DNA from: an uncultured Pseudomonadota bacterium
Lineage (GTDB): Bacteria > Pseudomonadota > Alphaproteobacteria > Rs-D84
Assembly: GCA_902790415.1 (NCBI GenBank)
Contig: CADARU010000002.1
Span: 1 to 60,973 of the forward strand
Length of the DNA: 60,973 bases
Direction of reading: 5' to 3'
Part shown: in pieces, positions 55,865-60,973 of the stretch
Layout: the number at the start of each line of letters is the position of its first letter
How positions within the stretch are numbered: the first letter of the stretch is position 1
Program-made: the position numbers and the translations under genes
Notes under the pieces: model-generated
Databases searched by the model: none
Told to the model about the DNA's origin: nothing
What the model saw: the letters and a program-made list of their open reading frames with translations, nothing else

Positions 55865-56767
55865 ATGTCAACGCTGAAAGCAAAAATACTTTTATTGAAA
55901 GAATTATTGGCGTTAAAAGAAGTCGTTGACAAGGGCAGCATCCAGGTCGCAGCCTGTGAAAACGGTATTAAAAATTCTAACCTATCTCAATTAATCAAGA
56001 ATTTAGAAGAACGATTTAATACTAAACTTATCAACCGCAACTTTGACGGCAGTCAACCAACAAATTCCGCACAATTGATATATAACGATATTTGCATCAT
56101 AGAAGAAACTCTTAATAAAATTTCAGAAAAGTTTTTAGACATAGATGCATTATCTGGATCCATGTCTGTATGGACCGAAGAAGGTTTGTTCGGCAGTTTT
56201 ATTATGAAGGATTTATCCGAATTTTACGCCAAATATCCAAAAATTCGTTTAGAATTACTAATGCGCAAAGAGCCAAATATTTCTGATATGGATATTTTAA
56301 TTATTAAACCAAAATTGCATCCAAATATTCACGGTACAGTTTTATTCAAATTTAAAACACATTTGAAATTTTATGCCAGTAAAAAATATCTAGACATACA
56401 TGGTACACCACAAAATATAAATGATTTATTAGAAAACCATGATTTATGTATGGTGAATCGTTATATGAATTTGCCGGAATATCAAAGTATCATAAAACGT
56501 GCCAAACATTTGAATACAACTTCTGATTCATTGGCATTGATATATCGGTTGGTTCGCGATGGCGATGGAATTACAGTTTTCCCTTCGTGGTTTGAAGAAA
56601 GTGATAAAAACCTGGTTTGTATAAAAGATTTAGATTTTGAATACGAAATGGAAACGCAATGCATTTGCAGAACTGAAATTTCTGAATCTCCAAAGGTGCT
56701 TGCTTTTGTTAATTTCTTTATTGATTTTTGCAAAGGACATAATGTTCCGATTGATATTTATTATTAA
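55865..56767 (+). CDS. LysR-family transcriptional regulator
   Basis: 300 aa. N-terminal wHTH (...VVDKGSIQVAACENGIKNSNLSQLIKNLEERFNTKLINR) plus a substrate-binding-type C-domain. Confidence 0.8.
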   Translation: MSTLKAKILLLKELLALKEVVDKGSIQVAACENGIKNSNLSQLIKNLEERFNTKLINRNFDGSQPTNSAQLIYNDICIIEETLNKISEKFLDIDALSGSMSVWTEEGLFGSFIMKDLSEFYAKYPKIRLELLMRKEPNISDMDILIIKPKLHPNIHGTVLFKFKTHLKFYASKKYLDIHGTPQNINDLLENHDLCMVNRYMNLPEYQSIIKRAKHLNTTSDSLALIYRLVRDGDGITVFPSWFEESDKNLVCIKDLDFEYEMETQCICRTEISESPKVLAFVNFFIDFCKGHNVPIDIYY

Positions 56768-56824
56768 CCTTCTTTGTGTTAATATTTTATTTCTACCGAT
56801 GCAAAATCTGATAGGATAAATCAC

Positions 56825-56844
56825 CCACGAGGCGCCCCTCGTGG
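56825..56844. terminator. GC hairpin between the LysR gene and the convergent HTH gene
   Basis: CCACGAGG-CGCC-CCTCGTGG. Flanking T-runs are weak. Confidence 0.4.
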
Positions 56845-56881
56845 TATTATGTAGACAGAATAAATTTTGTAAACAAAATTT

Positions 56882-57109
56882 TTATTTTGCTATACACTTT
56901 ATGAAATCATGTAATGTTTTTCCTGTGGAATTTAATATCTTTGCAATACTGTTTGTCGAAGGCCATCTGGGTTGACCATATTTTGACCAACGTTTGCTTT
57001 TATTAAATATCGTTGGGTCTAAACCGGAAAATCTTGCCAAACCGGAACAAGACATTTTATGTTGAAACGCAAAATTATCAATTGCTTGCCATATATCTTC
57101 ATGACTCAT
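56882..57109 (-). CDS. Stand-alone HTH protein (75 aa) resembling the N-terminal DNA-binding domain of alphaproteobacterial S24/LexA-like phage-type repressors
   Basis: IWQAIDNFAFQHKMSCSGLARFSGLDPTIFNKSKRWSKYGQPRWPSTNSIAKILNSTGKTLHDF follows the remembered pattern W.AID.LA...G.S.SGLAR..GLD.T.FNKSKR...G..RWPS..SIAK.L..TG..L..F. No peptidase domain follows. Confidence 0.6.
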   Translation of the reverse strand: MSHEDIWQAIDNFAFQHKMSCSGLARFSGLDPTIFNKSKRWSKYGQPRWPSTNSIAKILNSTGKTLHDFIKCIAK

Positions 57110-57372
57110 TTTTTTACTCCTTTTTTCGTTATGACAATATTCATTATATTTATTTTTAATGAATTTGCTTTATCCCCTTTTCATAAATCAGATATCTAAA
57201 AACGGGCCAAAGACAACAGCAGACAAAACAAAAACCCCAGAAATCCGGGAATATTTATTCTGATTTACATAAAATTTACTATGAAAAAATTCTTAAAATT
57301 TGGGGTTTTATTTATGTTTTTTATGTAAAAACCATTTGAATAAAATCCATATATGTGTCATAATGTTACGAC

Positions 57373-59844
<2,472 letters not shown>

Positions 59845-59848
59845 AAAT

Positions 59849-59873
59849 ACCGCCGAAACGGCGGTTGTTTTTT
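59849..59873 (+). terminator. Intrinsic terminator after the collagen-like gene
   Basis: ACCGCCG-AAA-CGGCGGT followed by TGTTTTTT. Confidence 0.85.
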
Positions 59874-59902
59874 AGTATTGGTTACAATAATAAATAAAAC
59901 AA

Positions 59903-59915
59903 AATACTAACCACT
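59903..59915. repeat. Dispersed short repeat, copy 4 (AATACTAACCACT)
   Basis: 13-mer identical to 46437-46449. Lies between the terminator and the 3' end of the next minus-strand ORF. Confidence 0.8.
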
Positions 59916-59962
59916 ATCCTATCTTTGCTAGCCGCAAAGCCACGATTGGTACGGACCTGTCA

Positions 59963-60145
59963 CTATTTCGTTTCATCACGAATACGTACAGCGTATTTTT
60001 TTGCCGCATCTAAATTTATTATCACTAACTTTAATTTGTTTGCAACATCGTCCGGCATATTATCAATATTTTTAATTATATCGCGTGCAATATCTATTAC
60101 ATCTAATAACTCTTGCGGCAATTCTGCCAATGTAAATTTTTGCAT
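59963..60145 (-). CDS. Small acidic helical hypothetical protein (60 aa) downstream of the ABC transporter gene
   Basis: ORF starts 10 nt after the ABC gene stop, with GGGGGACAG upstream of the ATG. No family recognised. Confidence 0.35.
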   Translation of the reverse strand: MQKFTLAELPQELLDVIDIARDIIKNIDNMPDDVANKLKLVIINLDAAKKYAVRIRDETK

Positions 60146-60155
60146 ATCTGTCCCC

Positions 60156-60973
60156 CTATTCTATCATGCCAGACGTTTGCATATTCCACAGTGCATAATA
60201 CGCACCACGTTTACGCAACAGTTGTTTATGCGAACCACTTTCTATGATTTTACCATGTTTCATAACAATAATTCTATCCATGTTACGCAATGTTGATAAT
60301 CTATGCGCAATAGCAATTGTTGTTTTACCACGCATTGCATGCCGCAAAGATTTCTGAATCAACATTTCGTTTTGCGAATCCAGTGCAGATGTCGCTTCGT
60401 CTAAAATCAAAATGGGGGCATCTTTTAATAACGCGCGCGCAATAGAAATACGTTGACGTTGTCCACCAGACAATTTAATGCCATGATTCCCAACCAATGT
60501 GTTATATCCATCTTTTAATCTGATAATATCATTATGTATATTTGCGCGTTTGGCAACCGCAATAACATTGGCCTTGGTCGAATTTGGTTTTGGGTATTTT
60601 ATATTTTCCAACAACGAACGATTAAACAATGTAACATCTTGCGGAACGTATGAAATACTGCGGCGCAAAGAATCCTGGATAACATCACGAATATCAATAT
60701 TGTTAATTTTTATTGCACCACCGTTAACATCATACATACGCAACAATAAATTGCACAAAGTTGTTTTTCCTGCGCCCGACAATCCGACAATACCGACCCT
60801 TTCGTGAGGTTTTATTGTTAAATTAAAATCACGCAAAACACTATGTTCACCATATCCAAAACTTACATGTTCAAAAGCAATTTCCGCATTTTGTACAGAT
60901 AACCTTTTTGCGTTTTCTTTGTCGGTTACAACTTGTTCAACAATAATATTTTTATATGCCTTTTTTGCACGCA
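60156..60973 (-). CDS. ABC exporter, ATP-binding domain (MsbA/ABCB-type); 5' part of the gene lies beyond the window end
   Basis: Walker A GLSGAGKTT, signature LSGGQRQR, Walker B ILILDEATSALD, H-loop IAHRL. The frame stays open upstream of the track start (the track M is a TTG) to position 60973: ...AEIAFEHVSFGYGEHSVLRDF. Confidence 0.85.
   Translation of the reverse strand, partial: RAKKAYKNIIVEQVVTDKENAKRLSVQNAEIAFEHVSFGYGEHSVLRDFNLTIKPHERVGIVGLSGAGKTTLCNLLLRMYDVNGGAIKINNIDIRDVIQDSLRRSISYVPQDVTLFNRSLLENIKYPKPNSTKANVIAVAKRANIHNDIIRLKDGYNTLVGNHGIKLSGGQRQRISIARALLKDAPILILDEATSALDSQNEMLIQKSLRHAMRGKTTIAIAHRLSTLRNMDRIIVMKHGKIIESGSHKQLLRKRGAYYALWNMQTSGMIE

Overview
This 61-kb window reads as chromosomal DNA from an AT-rich, alphaproteobacterium-like genome. 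That placement is an inference from the divergent rsmI / LpoA-like pair, a GapR (DUF2312) homologue, a DUF721 gene, an alpha-type AddB and the ruvC-yebC-ruvA neighbourhood. I support about 60 protein genes and one tRNA. Most are housekeeping: secDF-yajC, mutL, greA, xerD, trxB, serS, typA, recA, secB, mltA, ruvC, ruvA, mnmE, xthA, addB, engB, rsmI, pyk, comEC, truA-fmt-def, rmuC, thyA, and a MarR-TolC-adaptor-RND efflux operon. There are five accessory patches. (1) An orphan two-gene operon sits between serS and typA. (2) A 6.7-kb glycosyltransferase locus between typA and recA includes a Stealth-family gene. (3) Three secreted or membrane-anchored cysteine-rich proteins are scattered through the window. 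(4) An AT-rich tract downstream of tRNA-Gln(UUG) holds an ORF bracketed by a perfect 21-bp inverted repeat, a GNAT gene, a GC-rich structured noncoding segment (candidate sRNA), a LysR regulator and a stand-alone HTH. It also holds an 823-aa collagen-like (G-X-Y) protein with three 153-bp tandem repeats. (5) A 10-mer core, AGTGGTTAGT, recurs at four gene-end or intergenic loci. I saw no rRNA, CRISPR array, transposase, integrase or recognisable defence-system enzyme. I therefore do not claim a defined novel system. The most unusual items are the IR-bracketed gene cassette, the orphan pair with a histone-fold-like motif, the candidate sRNA, the collagen-like protein and the dispersed repeat. 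All functional calls come from motif recognition by eye; no database search was run.
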